Shown here: piece after piece, positions 7,289-15,948 of the stretch
How positions within the stretch are numbered: the first letter of the stretch is position 1
How the letters are laid out: the number at the start of each line of letters is the position of its first letter
From: a virus
Lineage: Duplodnaviria; Heunggongvirae; Uroviricota; Caudoviricetes
DNA length: 41,751 nt
Virus record (IMG/VR): IMGVR_UViG_2563366965_000001
Span: 1 to 41,751 of that record
Direction: 5' to 3' (one strand)
Program-made: the position numbers and the translations under genes
Notes under the pieces: model-generated
Seen by the model: the letters and a program-made list of their open reading frames with translations, nothing else
What the model was told of the DNA's origin: nothing
Database searches by the model: none

Positions 7289-7915
7289 TTAGAGTTCGTA
7301 TTGAACTCCTTTGACTACACCAATGATAAGGCAATTACCATTGATAGGGATGTTGGGATACCGAGGATTTAATGGCACTAAAAACTTTTGAGGGCCATCG
7401 ATGACTAATTTTTTTACTGTAGCTTCGTTTGTTCCATCAAGTCGAGCGATGACTATTTTTCCATGACGAGGTTCTGCATCTGGATCTACAATCACTGTTG
7501 CGCCTTCTGGTATTGTTGGGAGGCCATTAGGGTTAGTCATGGAGTCACCTTTAACCTCTAATGCAAATGAGTTATCACCAATCTTTAATGATGTATCTAC
7601 CCACTTGTCCACTTCACTAAACACTTCTGCTGCCCTGCACTCAGTAAACTGCCCAGCCTGAACCCACGATATTACAGGAACTCTGCGCATGTTTGTGACG
7701 AGTTTGCCTTCAAACTCAGCACCATAAAGAATGTAATCTATTGACGTATTGAAGAACTTCGCTAATTTCGAAAGTGCCTCCCCACCAGGGGTATTGATGT
7801 CTTTCTCCCAGTACCCCACAGCAACGTCGCTTACTCCACAAAATTTACCCAATTCTTTCTGGGACGTTCCGGTAACTCTTCTCAGAGCTTTTATACGCTG
7901 ACCAACCGTTTCCAT
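7289..7915 (-). CDS. cI: CI-type phage repressor (XRE helix-turn-helix + S24 LexA-like autopeptidase)
   Basis: N-terminal HTH (QKELGKFCGVSDVAVGYWE); C-terminal GDSM serine motif and downstream lysine (KIVIARL); divergent from the cro-like gene. Confidence 0.85.
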   Translation of the reverse strand: METVGQRIKALRRVTGTSQKELGKFCGVSDVAVGYWEKDINTPGGEALSKLAKFFNTSIDYILYGAEFEGKLVTNMRRVPVISWVQAGQFTECRAAEVFSEVDKWVDTSLKIGDNSFALEVKGDSMTNPNGLPTIPEGATVIVDPDAEPRHGKIVIARLDGTNEATVKKLVIDGPQKFLVPLNPRYPNIPINGNCLIIGVVKGVQYEL

Positions 7916-8012
7916 AGGAGCACCATTTCTTGAATTGCTAAGTAATCTTAGTTTTTATTGACCAAAGATAGATTTGTAATTAGCATCTAATAAAACTTAG
8001 TTTGGAGGGCGT
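7916..8012. promoter_or_regulatory. OR-like region with divergent PRM/PR promoters and at least two 14-bp operators
   Basis: Operators CTAAGTAATCTTAG (7938-7951) and CTAATAAAACTTAG (7987-8000); TTGACC (7958-7963) followed 17 bp later by TAGCAT as a PR candidate. Confidence 0.55.
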
Positions 8013-8213
8013 ATGACAACTGACGATATCGAAAGCTACTTCGGCAGTATTGAGAAAGTTGCTGCTTTTTTCGGCATAACAACTGAAGCCGTTTATCAGT
8101 GGCGAAACCGTCCGGGCCAGTTAATTCCAAAAGGACGTGCAGCAGAAGCTGCATATAGAACTTGCGGACGGTTGCCATTTAAACCTGAGCTTTATGAAAA
8201 ATCTAATGGATAA
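8013..8213 (+). CDS. cro: Cro-like helix-turn-helix repressor
   Basis: 66 aa, GGAGGG RBS; VAAFFGITTEAVYQW resembles a Cro/YdaS-type HTH; divergent from cI. Confidence 0.7.
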   Translation: MTTDDIESYFGSIEKVAAFFGITTEAVYQWRNRPGQLIPKGRAAEAAYRTCGRLPFKPELYEKSNG

Positions 8214-8802
8214 ATCGATTAACAGAAACCACAGAACGATGAGGCTAACCGTGGGTAAGCATCACTGGAAAGTAGAAAAACAGCCTGAGTGGTACGTGAA
8301 AGCTGTCAGAAAAACTATCGCAGCGTTGCCGGGTGGTTACGCTGAAGCAGCTGACTGGCTGGATGTAACAGAAAACGCATTATTTAACCGCCTTCGTGCC
8401 GATGGCGATCAGATTTTCCCGCTGGGATGGGCAATGATTTTGCAACGTGCTGGTGGAACTCACTTCATTGCTGACGCTGTGGCGCAGTCTGCAAATGGCG
8501 TATTTGTGTCTCTTCCTGACATCGAGGATGTGGACAACGCCGATATCAACCAACGCCTGCTGGAGGTCATTGAACAGATCGGCAGTTATTCAAAACAGAT
8601 TCGTTCAGCAATTGAAGACGGTGTAGTGGAACCGCATGAGAAGACAGCAATTAACGATGAGCTGTACCTCTCAATTTCGAAGCTGCAGGAGCATGCAGCA
8701 CTGGTCTACAAAATCTTTTGCGTTTCAGAAAGTAGTGACGCCCGCGAGTGTGCAGCTCCGGGCGCCGTGGCGTGTCGTGACTGTGGAGAAACTAACGCAT
8801 GA
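8194..8802 (+). CDS. CII-like regulatory protein (Phage_CP76 / YdaT-like, tentative); start codon uncertain (8194, 8206 or 8239)
   Basis: Position directly after cro; HTH-like segment [19 protein letters not shown]; stop overlaps the next ATG. Confidence 0.4.
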   Translation: MKNLMDKSINRNHRTMRLTVGKHHWKVEKQPEWYVKAVRKTIAALPGGYAEAADWLDVTENALFNRLRADGDQIFPLGWAMILQRAGGTHFIADAVAQSANGVFVSLPDIEDVDNADINQRLLEVIEQIGSYSKQIRSAIEDGVVEPHEKTAINDELYLSISKLQEHAALVYKIFCVSESSDARECAAPGAVACRDCGETNA

Positions 8803-9137
8803 ACAGTTTAACAACACACTACCGTCGCTCGCAACTGATTGCGCTTCCTGTACCGGGTGGAAAAGCGAAGGTGGAGTATTGCTATGCAGTAAATGTACCA
8901 GGTGACAGGGTAATTGTAACCCACAGCTTTGCAGAGTGGGCTGTGGGTGATTTCAACCGGCAAAAGGAGACAGTCCTTTGCGACAAGTTAACCGCTGGTT
9001 CAAAGATCACTACGGAGTGCCCGTCAGAGTCATTCGTTGGGAGCCGGAAACACAACGGGTTATCTACCTCCGCGAAGGCTATGAGTATGAGTGCTTCAGC
9101 CCGCTCGAACAGTTTCGTCGTAAATTCAGGGAAATAG
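8799..9137 (+). CDS. Hypothetical protein with ambiguous reading frame (see finding on 8799-9157)
   Basis: Frame-0 ORF has a plausible N-terminal half but a serine-rich low-complexity tail; an overlapping frame with an AAGGAG RBS and TTG start (8978-9157) encodes a more protein-like sequence. Confidence 0.3.
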   Translation: MNSLTTHYRRSQLIALPVPGGKAKVEYCYAVNVPGDRVIVTHSFAEWAVGDFNRQKETVLCDKLTAGSKITTECPSESFVGSRKHNGLSTSAKAMSMSASARSNSFVVNSGK

Positions 9138-9146
9138 AGGTCGGTC

Positions 9147-10088
9147 ATGAGCACTAAATTAACCGGCTATGTATGGGATGGTTGCGCAGCGTCAGGCATG
9201 AAATTATCCAGCGTGGCAATTATGGCCCGCCTGGCTGATTTCAGTAATGACGAAGGTGTGTGCTGGCCATCAATTGAAACCATTGCCCGCCAGATTGGCG
9301 CGGGGATGAGTACCGTCAGAACGGCTATCGCACGGCTGGAAGCAGAAGGCTGGTTAACGCGTAAGGCGCGTCGCCAGGGTAACCGCAATGCGTCGAATGT
9401 TTATCAGCTTAACGTTGCGAAGCTTCAGGCAGCGGCATTTTCTCAACTGTCAGATTCTGACCCGTCAAAATCTGACGCATCAAAATCTGACCCGTCAAAA
9501 TTTGATGCGTCGAAATCTGGCAAAAAAGCGGGTTTTCACCCGTCAGAATCTGGCGGGGATCCGTCAGTAAAATCAAAACATGATCCGTCAGATAAAAAAC
9601 CTTCTCGTCCGGACGCTTCGCAACCGGACACGCAGACGGATGAACAGGATTTTTTAACTCGCCATCCTGATGCGGTTGTATTCAGCCCTAAAAAGCGCCA
9701 GTGGGGAACGCAGGATGATTTGACCTGCGCACAGTGGCTCTGGAAAAAAATCATCGCCCTGTACGAGCAGGCTGCCGAATGTGACGGCGAGGTGGTTCGT
9801 CCCAAAGAACCGAACTGGACAGCCTGGGCAAACGAAATTCGCCTGATGTGTGTGCAGGATGGTCGTACTCACAAACAAATCTGCGAGATGTACAGCCGCG
9901 TCAGCCGCGATCCGTTCTGGTGCCGTAACGTGCTCAGCCCGTCGAAGCTGCGGGAAAAATGGGATGAGCTTTCCCTGCGCTTATCGCCGTCCGTCAGCAC
10001 ATACACAGAAAAACGTGAAGATCCGTACTTCAAATCCAGTTACGACAACGTGGACTACAGCCAGATCCCGGCAGGATTCAGGGGGTGA
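9147..10088 (+). CDS. Replication initiator (O-like; N-terminal winged-helix replication-initiator domain, repeat-rich linker, C-terminal domain)
   Basis: N-terminus VAIMARLADFSNDEGVCWPSIETIARQIGAGMSTVRTAIARLEAEGWL is typical of phage/plasmid replication HTH domains; 15-bp iterons embedded in the linker coding region. Confidence 0.6.
   Translation: MSTKLTGYVWDGCAASGMKLSSVAIMARLADFSNDEGVCWPSIETIARQIGAGMSTVRTAIARLEAEGWLTRKARRQGNRNASNVYQLNVAKLQAAAFSQLSDSDPSKSDASKSDPSKFDASKSGKKAGFHPSESGGDPSVKSKHDPSDKKPSRPDASQPDTQTDEQDFLTRHPDAVVFSPKKRQWGTQDDLTCAQWLWKKIIALYEQAAECDGEVVRPKEPNWTAWANEIRLMCVQDGRTHKQICEMYSRVSRDPFWCRNVLSPSKLREKWDELSLRLSPSVSTYTEKREDPYFKSSYDNVDYSQIPAGFRG
9456..9515. repeat. Four tandem 15-bp iterons (TCTGACCCGTCAAAA-like) inside the initiator gene, followed by an A-rich stretch to about 9600; candidate origin of replication
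   Basis: Units at 9456, 9471, 9486 and 9501; the second and fourth are near reverse complements of each other; analogous to ori-lambda inside gene O. Confidence 0.5.
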
Positions 10089-10090
10089 TC

Positions 10091-10579
10091 ATGAGTCTTT
10101 TGAATGAAGTTCAGAAATTCATTGAAGCCCATCCGGGGTGTACTTCCGGAGACATTGCGGATGCTTTTGCAGGTTACTCACGGCAGCGCGTTCTGCAGTC
10201 AGCAAGCAAGTTACGTCAGAGTGGGCGTGTGGCTCACCGTTGTGAAGGAGATACACGCAGACATTTCTCGCGCCTGACTGAGAGAGCGCAGGAGCCGGAA
10301 CCACAACCAGTTTGTGAAACCAGACCTGTGCGCAAGTTCTATGTCGGCACTAACGCCCCCCGGGTGATTTTGTGCCTGACCCGCCAGGCTGAAGAACTGG
10401 AGTCGAGGGGCTTATACCGTCGTGCTGCAACGGTGTGGATGGAGGCATTCCGTGAAAGCCACTCCCAGCCAGAACGAAACAATTTTCTGGCGCGTCGTGA
10501 GCGGTGTTTACGGAAAAGCAGCAAGCGCGCTGCATCGGGTGAAGAGTGGTATCTGTCAGGGAATTACGTGGGGGCTTAA
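10091..10579 (+). CDS. PerC-family-like transcriptional regulator (Pch/ANR-type)
   Basis: C-terminal AEELESRGLYRRAATVWMEAF...RRERCLRK matches the PerC signature (LE.KGLWRRAA..W) as I recall it; ATG at 10091 with GGGGG RBS. Confidence 0.55.
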   Translation: MSLLNEVQKFIEAHPGCTSGDIADAFAGYSRQRVLQSASKLRQSGRVAHRCEGDTRRHFSRLTERAQEPEPQPVCETRPVRKFYVGTNAPRVILCLTRQAEELESRGLYRRAATVWMEAFRESHSQPERNNFLARRERCLRKSSKRAASGEEWYLSGNYVGA

Positions 10580-10905
10580 TGACTACGTTAACTCAATGCC
10601 AGCAGCAAGTGCTGGATATGCTGATTTCTTATCAGAAAGAACGTGGCTTCCCGCCAACCAATCAGGAGGTAGCAACCATGCTGGGATACCGTTCGGTGAA
10701 TGCAGCGGTGGAGCATCTTCGCGCACTGGAGAAAAAAGGCGTCATCACGATAAAGCGTGGCGTGGCCCGGGGGATAACGCTTCATACCGCGGTGAAGGAC
10801 GACGACAGCGAGGCGGTCGGGATTATCCGCGCACTGCTTGCCGGTGAGGAAAACGCAAGGCTGCGTGCAACCCACTGGTTACATGAGAGGGACCTGAAAG
10901 TATGA
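10579..10905 (+). CDS. LexA N-terminal DNA-binding-domain-only protein (no S24 peptidase domain)
   Basis: QQQVLDMLISYQKERGFPPTNQEVATMLGYRSVNAAVEHLRALEKKGVI aligns by eye with the LexA winged-helix domain; only 108 aa. Confidence 0.6.
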   Translation: MTTLTQCQQQVLDMLISYQKERGFPPTNQEVATMLGYRSVNAAVEHLRALEKKGVITIKRGVARGITLHTAVKDDDSEAVGIIRALLAGEENARLRATHWLHERDLKV

Positions 10906-11291
10906 AGCTGATCCTGCCTTTTCCGCCCAGCGTGAACACGTACTGGCGACACCCCAACAAAGGGGCGTTTGCTGGTAAGAGCCTGATAAGCGCGGCGGGG
11001 CGAAAATTCCAGAGCGCGGCGTGCGCAGCAATAGTTGAGCAGTTACGTCGTCTGCCGAAACCAACGTCGGCACCTGCTTCAGTGGAGATCGTGTTGTTTC
11101 CTCCGGATAACCGGATCCGCGATCTGGACAACTATAACAAGGCGCTGTTTGACGCCCTGACCCACGCGGGTGTGTGGGAAGACGACAGTCAGGTGAAAAG
11201 AATGCTGGTGGAGTGGGGACCGGTTATCCCGGAAGGGAAGGTCGAGATCACTATCAGTAAGTACGAGAAAACGGCGGGTGCAGCTGCCTGA
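10902..11291 (+). CDS. rusA: Holliday-junction resolvase RusA
   Basis: LPFPPSVNTYWRH...RDLDNYNKALFDALTHAGVWEDDSQV is the RusA motif set with catalytic aspartates. Confidence 0.85.
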   Translation: MKLILPFPPSVNTYWRHPNKGAFAGKSLISAAGRKFQSAACAAIVEQLRRLPKPTSAPASVEIVLFPPDNRIRDLDNYNKALFDALTHAGVWEDDSQVKRMLVEWGPVIPEGKVEITISKYEKTAGAAA

Positions 11292-11310
11292 TTAAGAGGA
11301 GAAACGAAGT

Positions 11311-12120
11311 ATGAATAATCTGATGGTCATTGATGGTATTGAAGTTCGTCGTGATGCTTATGGGCGTTACAGCCTGAACGATCTGCATCGCGCAGCAGTA
11401 GCATCTGGTGCAAATGCCAGAACCAAGGAGCCGGGAAAGTTTCTTTCCAGCCAACAAACTGTTGAGCTTGTTCATGAATTGACCAACACCCAGAATTTGG
11501 GTGTTGACCCGGTGAGTGTGATTCATGGGGGAAATGAACGGGGAACGTATGTCTGCAAGGAACTGGTGTATGCCTATGCAATGTGGATCAGCCCGTCATT
11601 CCATCTGAAGGTGATCCGTACTTTCGATATGGTAACCAGCGCACCGGAAAAATTATCCGGACAGGCTGCTGACAAGATGCAGGCTGGCGTGATCCTGCTG
11701 GACTTTATGCGCCGGGAGTTAAACCTGTCTAACTCTTCAGTGCTTGGTGCCTGTCAGAAACTCCAGGAGGCTGTTGGCTTACCGAATCTGGCACCGCGCT
11801 ATGCCATTGATGCTCCTGCTGATGCACACGATGGCTCAAGTCGCCCGACACTGTCACTGAGTGCACTGCTGAAACAGTATGGTATACGCCTGACGGCTAA
11901 TCAGGCATATCACCAGATGGTGAAACTGGGGATCGTCGAGCAGCGCGAACGATACAGCCGTACCGCGATTAACAACATCAAAAAATTCTGGTCGCTGACG
12001 GCGAAAGGCTGCATGTTCGGCAAGAACATCACCAGTCCTGCAAATCCGCGCGAGACGCAGCCGCATTTCTTCGAATCCCGATTCCCTGAGCTGTTAAAGC
12101 TGCTCGATACCGTTCATTGA
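11311..12120 (+). CDS. KilA-N domain protein (antirepressor-like)
   Basis: N-terminal RYSLNDLHRAA... KilA-N-type motif; strong AAGAGGAG RBS. Confidence 0.6.
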   Translation: MNNLMVIDGIEVRRDAYGRYSLNDLHRAAVASGANARTKEPGKFLSSQQTVELVHELTNTQNLGVDPVSVIHGGNERGTYVCKELVYAYAMWISPSFHLKVIRTFDMVTSAPEKLSGQAADKMQAGVILLDFMRRELNLSNSSVLGACQKLQEAVGLPNLAPRYAIDAPADAHDGSSRPTLSLSALLKQYGIRLTANQAYHQMVKLGIVEQRERYSRTAINNIKKFWSLTAKGCMFGKNITSPANPRETQPHFFESRFPELLKLLDTVH

Positions 12121-12121
12121 G

Positions 12122-13117
12122 GTGACCGTGAGAGCACTACTGACCCCTGAAATTGCCCCGCGTATGGGGATCGTATTGTTCAGACCAGGTTCAGAGCTGA
12201 TGCCCCTGTTTATGCAGGGGCGTGTCCTGCTGGAGCCTGAGCCGGAACGTTATTCATCTTTCGCCAGTGGTGCCGTTCCGGCGGCATCACAACCGCTGGC
12301 GGATGATCCTGCCGTTCAGGCCGTGTTCCGCAATGAGGCAGTGATCCGTCGTGCTGGTGGCGTGGAATGTCTTGAAAGCTGGTTACTTCGTGAAAAAGGC
12401 TGCCAGTGGCCTCATTCCGACTGGCACAGCGAGAACATGACCACAATGCGACACGCTCCGGGCGCAATCCGTCTGTGCTGGCACTGCGATAACCAGCTGC
12501 GCGATCAGTTCACGGAACGGCTGGAATCAATGGCAACGGATAACTGTGCCCGCTGGGTGTTGTCTGTTGTGCGTCGGGATCTCGGTTTTGATGACAGTCA
12601 CGTTGTGACAATGCCGGAACTGTGCTGGTGGCTGATTCGTAATGATCTGGCGGATACCTTACCGGAAAGTGCAGCCCGTAAGGCACTGAGATTACCGAAG
12701 CCTGTTGTGCCGTCTGTTACCCGGGAAAGTGACCTTGTGCCTTCGGTTCCTGCCACCAGCATCATCCAGGATAAGGCGAAAAAGGTGCTGGCGCTGAAAG
12801 TGGAGCCGGAGTCGCCGGAGTCTTTTATGTTACGCCCAAAACGTCGCCGCTGGGTTAATGAAAAGTACACGCGCTGGGTTAAGACACAGCCGTGTGCATG
12901 TTGTGGAAAGCCTGCTGATGATCCCCACCACTTGATAGGCCACGGTCAGGGTGGGATGGGTACAAAAGCGCATGACCTCTTTGTGTTGCCTTTGTGCAGA
13001 AAGCATCACGACGAGCTGCATGCGGATACCGTGGCATTTGAAGAGAAGTATGGCTCCCAACTGGAGCTGATATTTCGTTTTATCGATCGTGCGCTGGCAA
13101 TAGGCGTACTGGCGTAA
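12122..13117 (+). CDS. DUF968-domain protein (YdfU-like), C-terminal HNH-like Cys/His cluster
   Basis: C-terminus CACCGKPADDPHHLIGHGQGGMGTKAHD...PLCRKHHDELH; GTG start overlapping the upstream stop. Confidence 0.55.
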   Translation: MTVRALLTPEIAPRMGIVLFRPGSELMPLFMQGRVLLEPEPERYSSFASGAVPAASQPLADDPAVQAVFRNEAVIRRAGGVECLESWLLREKGCQWPHSDWHSENMTTMRHAPGAIRLCWHCDNQLRDQFTERLESMATDNCARWVLSVVRRDLGFDDSHVVTMPELCWWLIRNDLADTLPESAARKALRLPKPVVPSVTRESDLVPSVPATSIIQDKAKKVLALKVEPESPESFMLRPKRRRWVNEKYTRWVKTQPCACCGKPADDPHHLIGHGQGGMGTKAHDLFVLPLCRKHHDELHADTVAFEEKYGSQLELIFRFIDRALAIGVLA

Positions 13118-13130
13118 GTGGAGAACGAGC

Positions 13131-13883
13131 ATGAACCTTGAAGCCTTACCGAAATATTACTCCCCAAAATCTCCAAAATTGAGCGATGACGCACCGGCGA
13201 CAGGCTCTGGTGGTTTAACGATTACGGATGTGATGGCTGCGCAGGGGATGGTGCAGTCGAAAGCACCACTGGGTTTTGCCTTATTCCTGGCAAAAGTTGG
13301 TGTTCAGGATCCTCAGTTTGCGATTGAAGGTCTGCTCAATTACGCGATGGCACTGGATAACCCGACATTGAACAAATTGAGTGAAGAAACCCGGTTACAG
13401 ATCATCCCTTACCTTGTGAATTTTGCCTTTGCTGATTATTCCAGGTCTGCGGCAAGTAAGGCTCGCTGTGAGCATTGTGCTGGTACTGGATTTCATAATG
13501 TATTGCGCGAAGTGGTGAAACACTCCAGAAGCGGGGAATCTGTTATCAAGGAAGAGTGGGTGAAGGAACTATGTCAGCATTGTCATGGTAAGGGAGAAGT
13601 CAGCACAGCGTGCAGAGGGTGTAAGGGTAAAGGTATTGTCCTGGATGAAAAAAGGACCCGGCTTCATGGCACGCCTGTTTATAAGATTTGTGGGCGTTGC
13701 AATGGAAACCGGTTTAGCCGTTTACCAACCACACTGGCGCGGCATCATGTCCAGAAGCTGGTACCAGACCTGACGGATTATCAGTGGTACAAAGGATATG
13801 CAGATGTCATTGATAAACTGGTTACAAAGTGCTGGCAGGAAGAAGCATATGCAGAGATACAATTGAGAAAGGTGACAAGATAA
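13131..13883 (+). CDS. Late-gene antiterminator Q-like protein (QuuQ-type, four CxxCxGxG zinc knuckles)
   Basis: 250 aa; CEHCAGTG, CQHCHGKG, CRGCKGKG, CGRCNGNR motifs; sits immediately upstream of a promoter plus terminator unit and the lysis genes. Confidence 0.55.
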   Translation: MNLEALPKYYSPKSPKLSDDAPATGSGGLTITDVMAAQGMVQSKAPLGFALFLAKVGVQDPQFAIEGLLNYAMALDNPTLNKLSEETRLQIIPYLVNFAFADYSRSAASKARCEHCAGTGFHNVLREVVKHSRSGESVIKEEWVKELCQHCHGKGEVSTACRGCKGKGIVLDEKRTRLHGTPVYKICGRCNGNRFSRLPTTLARHHVQKLVPDLTDYQWYKGYADVIDKLVTKCWQEEAYAEIQLRKVTR

Positions 13884-13914
13884 ATGGTTTTCGCCGAAGA
13901 TGACGACATGATGC

Positions 13915-13943
13915 TTGCATTTTTCAAAAAATATGGATAAGAT
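13915..13943 (+). promoter_or_regulatory. PR'-like late promoter (TTGCAT-N17-TAAGAT)
   Basis: Sequence read directly; located 30 bp downstream of the Q-like gene, as in lambda. Confidence 0.45.
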
Positions 13944-13991
13944 TTTCCCAACGATGGGCTTTGTATGTCTACCGTTGATAAGATTTAGGAA

Positions 13992-14016
13992 CCCGCCACT
14001 GAGCGGGTTTTTTGTA
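13992..14016 (+). terminator. tR'-like intrinsic terminator (target of Q antitermination)
   Basis: CCCGC-CACTGA-GCGGG stem followed by TTTTTT, about 50 nt downstream of the PR'-like -10. Confidence 0.5.
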
Positions 14017-14135
14017 CCTGTAAACTTGGTGCAGTACAGTAAACACGCTGGTGGTCGTGAATACTGACTTTTTATCTTGCTGGATTTTTAGACAAGAGTT
14101 ATTGGTATGTCATGTTAACCAGAAGGGAAAAAGAC

Positions 14136-14339
14136 ATGCTAAAACAGCAAGATATGACAGAAACCGCCGCCGCAGTCCTTCATTTCTTACCTGCTGACAA
14201 GTGGGTAACGCCACGCATGATGACGAGAACTACCGGAGTAAGCGAAGCCCGGTGCCAGTTAATACTGACTCAGTTAGTTCTGGCGGGTCTGGCGAAGGAT
14301 AACGGCGGGTACGGGAATAAATTCAGACGCTGCCAGTAA
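14136..14339 (+). CDS. Hypothetical small protein (67 aa)
   Basis: GAAGGG RBS before the ATG at 14136; first ORF of the late transcript. Confidence 0.35.
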   Translation: MLKQQDMTETAAAVLHFLPADKWVTPRMMTRTTGVSEARCQLILTQLVLAGLAKDNGGYGNKFRRCQ

Positions 14340-14489
14340 TGGCGGTTTCCTGCTGTGAAAATGGGCGGCTGGTGGGTGTTGGTAGCACCTGCCAGCCATT
14401 CGCTCATGCTTACTGGTCACAAGCGAACCACGGCCCACTGCTTTAGCGCAAAAGCAGAGTGAGCCTACCAGAGTTACGCTTACTGATCC

Positions 14490-15542
14490 ATGAAAAATAC
14501 TGTAAAAATAAACAGTGTTGATTTAATCAACGCTGATTGCCTGCATTTTATTCAGTCCCTGCCTGATGATTCCATTGACCTGATTGTTACCGATCCGCCT
14601 TACTTCAAGGTGAAACCTAACGGTTGGGACAATCAGTGGAAAGGGGATGAAGATTACCTTAAGTGGCTGGACCACTGTCTGGCCCAGTTCTGGCGGGTGT
14701 TGAAACCTGCCGGAAGCCTTTACCTGTTCTGTGGGCATCGCCTAGCATCTGATATTGAGATCATGATGCGTGAACGTTTCAACGTGCTTAACCATATCAT
14801 CTGGGCGAAGCCGTCCGGACGTTGGAATGGGTGTAATAAAGAAAGTCTGCGCGCATATTTTCCTGCCACAGAGCGCGTTCTGTTTGCTGAACATTACCAG
14901 GGGCCATATCGCGGCAAAAGTGACGGCTATGCGGCAAAAGAAAGGGAACTCAAACAGCACATAATGGCACCGCTGATATCGTATTTCAGGGATGCTCGTG
15001 CCGAACTGGGTATAACGGCAAAACAAATTGCCGAAGCCACAGGTAAGAAAAATATGGTTTCCCACTGGTTTGGTGCCAGTCAGTGGCAGTTGCCGAATGA
15101 GGCTGACTATCGGAAGTTACAGGCACTGTTTTCCCGTATAGCGGCAGAGAAGTTTCAGGAACAACAACTGGAACAACCACACCACCAGCTGGTGGCATCT
15201 TATGATTCACTGAATCGCAAATATTCTGAATTGCTGGATGAGTTTAAATCTCTCCGGCGCTATTTCTCCGTATCAGTCTCCGTGCCTTATACCGATGTCT
15301 GGACGCATAAGCCCGTTCAGTTCTACCCGGGTAAACATCCGTGCGAGAAACCGGCGGATATGCTCCGGCAAATAATCAATGCCAGTAGTCGACCTGGTGA
15401 TCTGGTTGCTGATTTCTTTATGGGATCCGGTTCCACAATAAAAGCAGCAATGGCGCTGGGGCGTCGGGCGTTAGGTGTTGAACTTGAGTCAGAGCGGTTT
15501 AATCAGACGGTGAAAGAGGTAAGTGAACTGGTGGGGAAATAA
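14490..15542 (+). CDS. Orphan DNA methyltransferase (beta-class, DPPY motif IV before FxGSGS motif I; N6-adenine likely)
   Basis: DLIVTDPPY near the N-terminus and DFFMGSGSTIKAA near the C-terminus; no adjacent restriction endonuclease. Confidence 0.8.
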   Translation: MKNTVKINSVDLINADCLHFIQSLPDDSIDLIVTDPPYFKVKPNGWDNQWKGDEDYLKWLDHCLAQFWRVLKPAGSLYLFCGHRLASDIEIMMRERFNVLNHIIWAKPSGRWNGCNKESLRAYFPATERVLFAEHYQGPYRGKSDGYAAKERELKQHIMAPLISYFRDARAELGITAKQIAEATGKKNMVSHWFGASQWQLPNEADYRKLQALFSRIAAEKFQEQQLEQPHHQLVASYDSLNRKYSELLDEFKSLRRYFSVSVSVPYTDVWTHKPVQFYPGKHPCEKPADMLRQIINASSRPGDLVADFFMGSGSTIKAAMALGRRALGVELESERFNQTVKEVSELVGK

Positions 15543-15618
15543 TTCTGGTGGCCACGTTGCGTGGCCTTTTTATTTCCAACACAGCACCCGCAAATATCGC
15601 GAGGTGAGAGATGACGAA

Positions 15619-15945
15619 ATGCCTCATAACCCAAATACCTGGCTGGACTTGGTCCAGAGCTGGTGGCGTGGAGACACACCGCTGGGTGCAGTGATTATGT
15701 CGATCGTTATGGCTGGTTTGCGCATCGCCTATTTTGGCGGTGGTGGTGGCTGGAAGCGAAAAACGCTCGAGATTTTGCTATGTGGCGCTCTGACGCTGAC
15801 CTTTGCATCCGCTCTTGAGTATGTCGGATGGCCTAAATCACTTTCTGTTGCCATTGGTGGTGGGGTGGGGCTGATCGGTGTCGATGCTATTCGTGGGGCT
15901 GCAATGCGAGTAATCGGTAACAAATTTGGTGGCTCTAAGGAGTAA
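15619..15945 (+). CDS. Holin (multi-TMD, glycine-rich)
   Basis: Hydrophobic segments (AVIMSIVMAGLRIAYFGGGGGW, ILLCGALTLTFASAL, VAIGGGVGLIGV) directly upstream of the endolysin; GAGG RBS. Confidence 0.6.
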   Translation: MPHNPNTWLDLVQSWWRGDTPLGAVIMSIVMAGLRIAYFGGGGGWKRKTLEILLCGALTLTFASALEYVGWPKSLSVAIGGGVGLIGVDAIRGAAMRVIGNKFGGSKE

Positions 15946-15948
15946 TTT

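Noticed and set aside
8137-8193. Upstream ATG (8137) as the start of the CII-like gene
   Set aside because: It would overlap most of the cro 3' end in another frame with no RBS; downstream starts (8194 or 8206) are more plausible.
9388-9570. 60-aa ORF (MRRMFISLTLRSF...) across the iteron region
   Set aside because: Alternative frame inside the replication-initiator gene; repetitive translation produced by the iterons.
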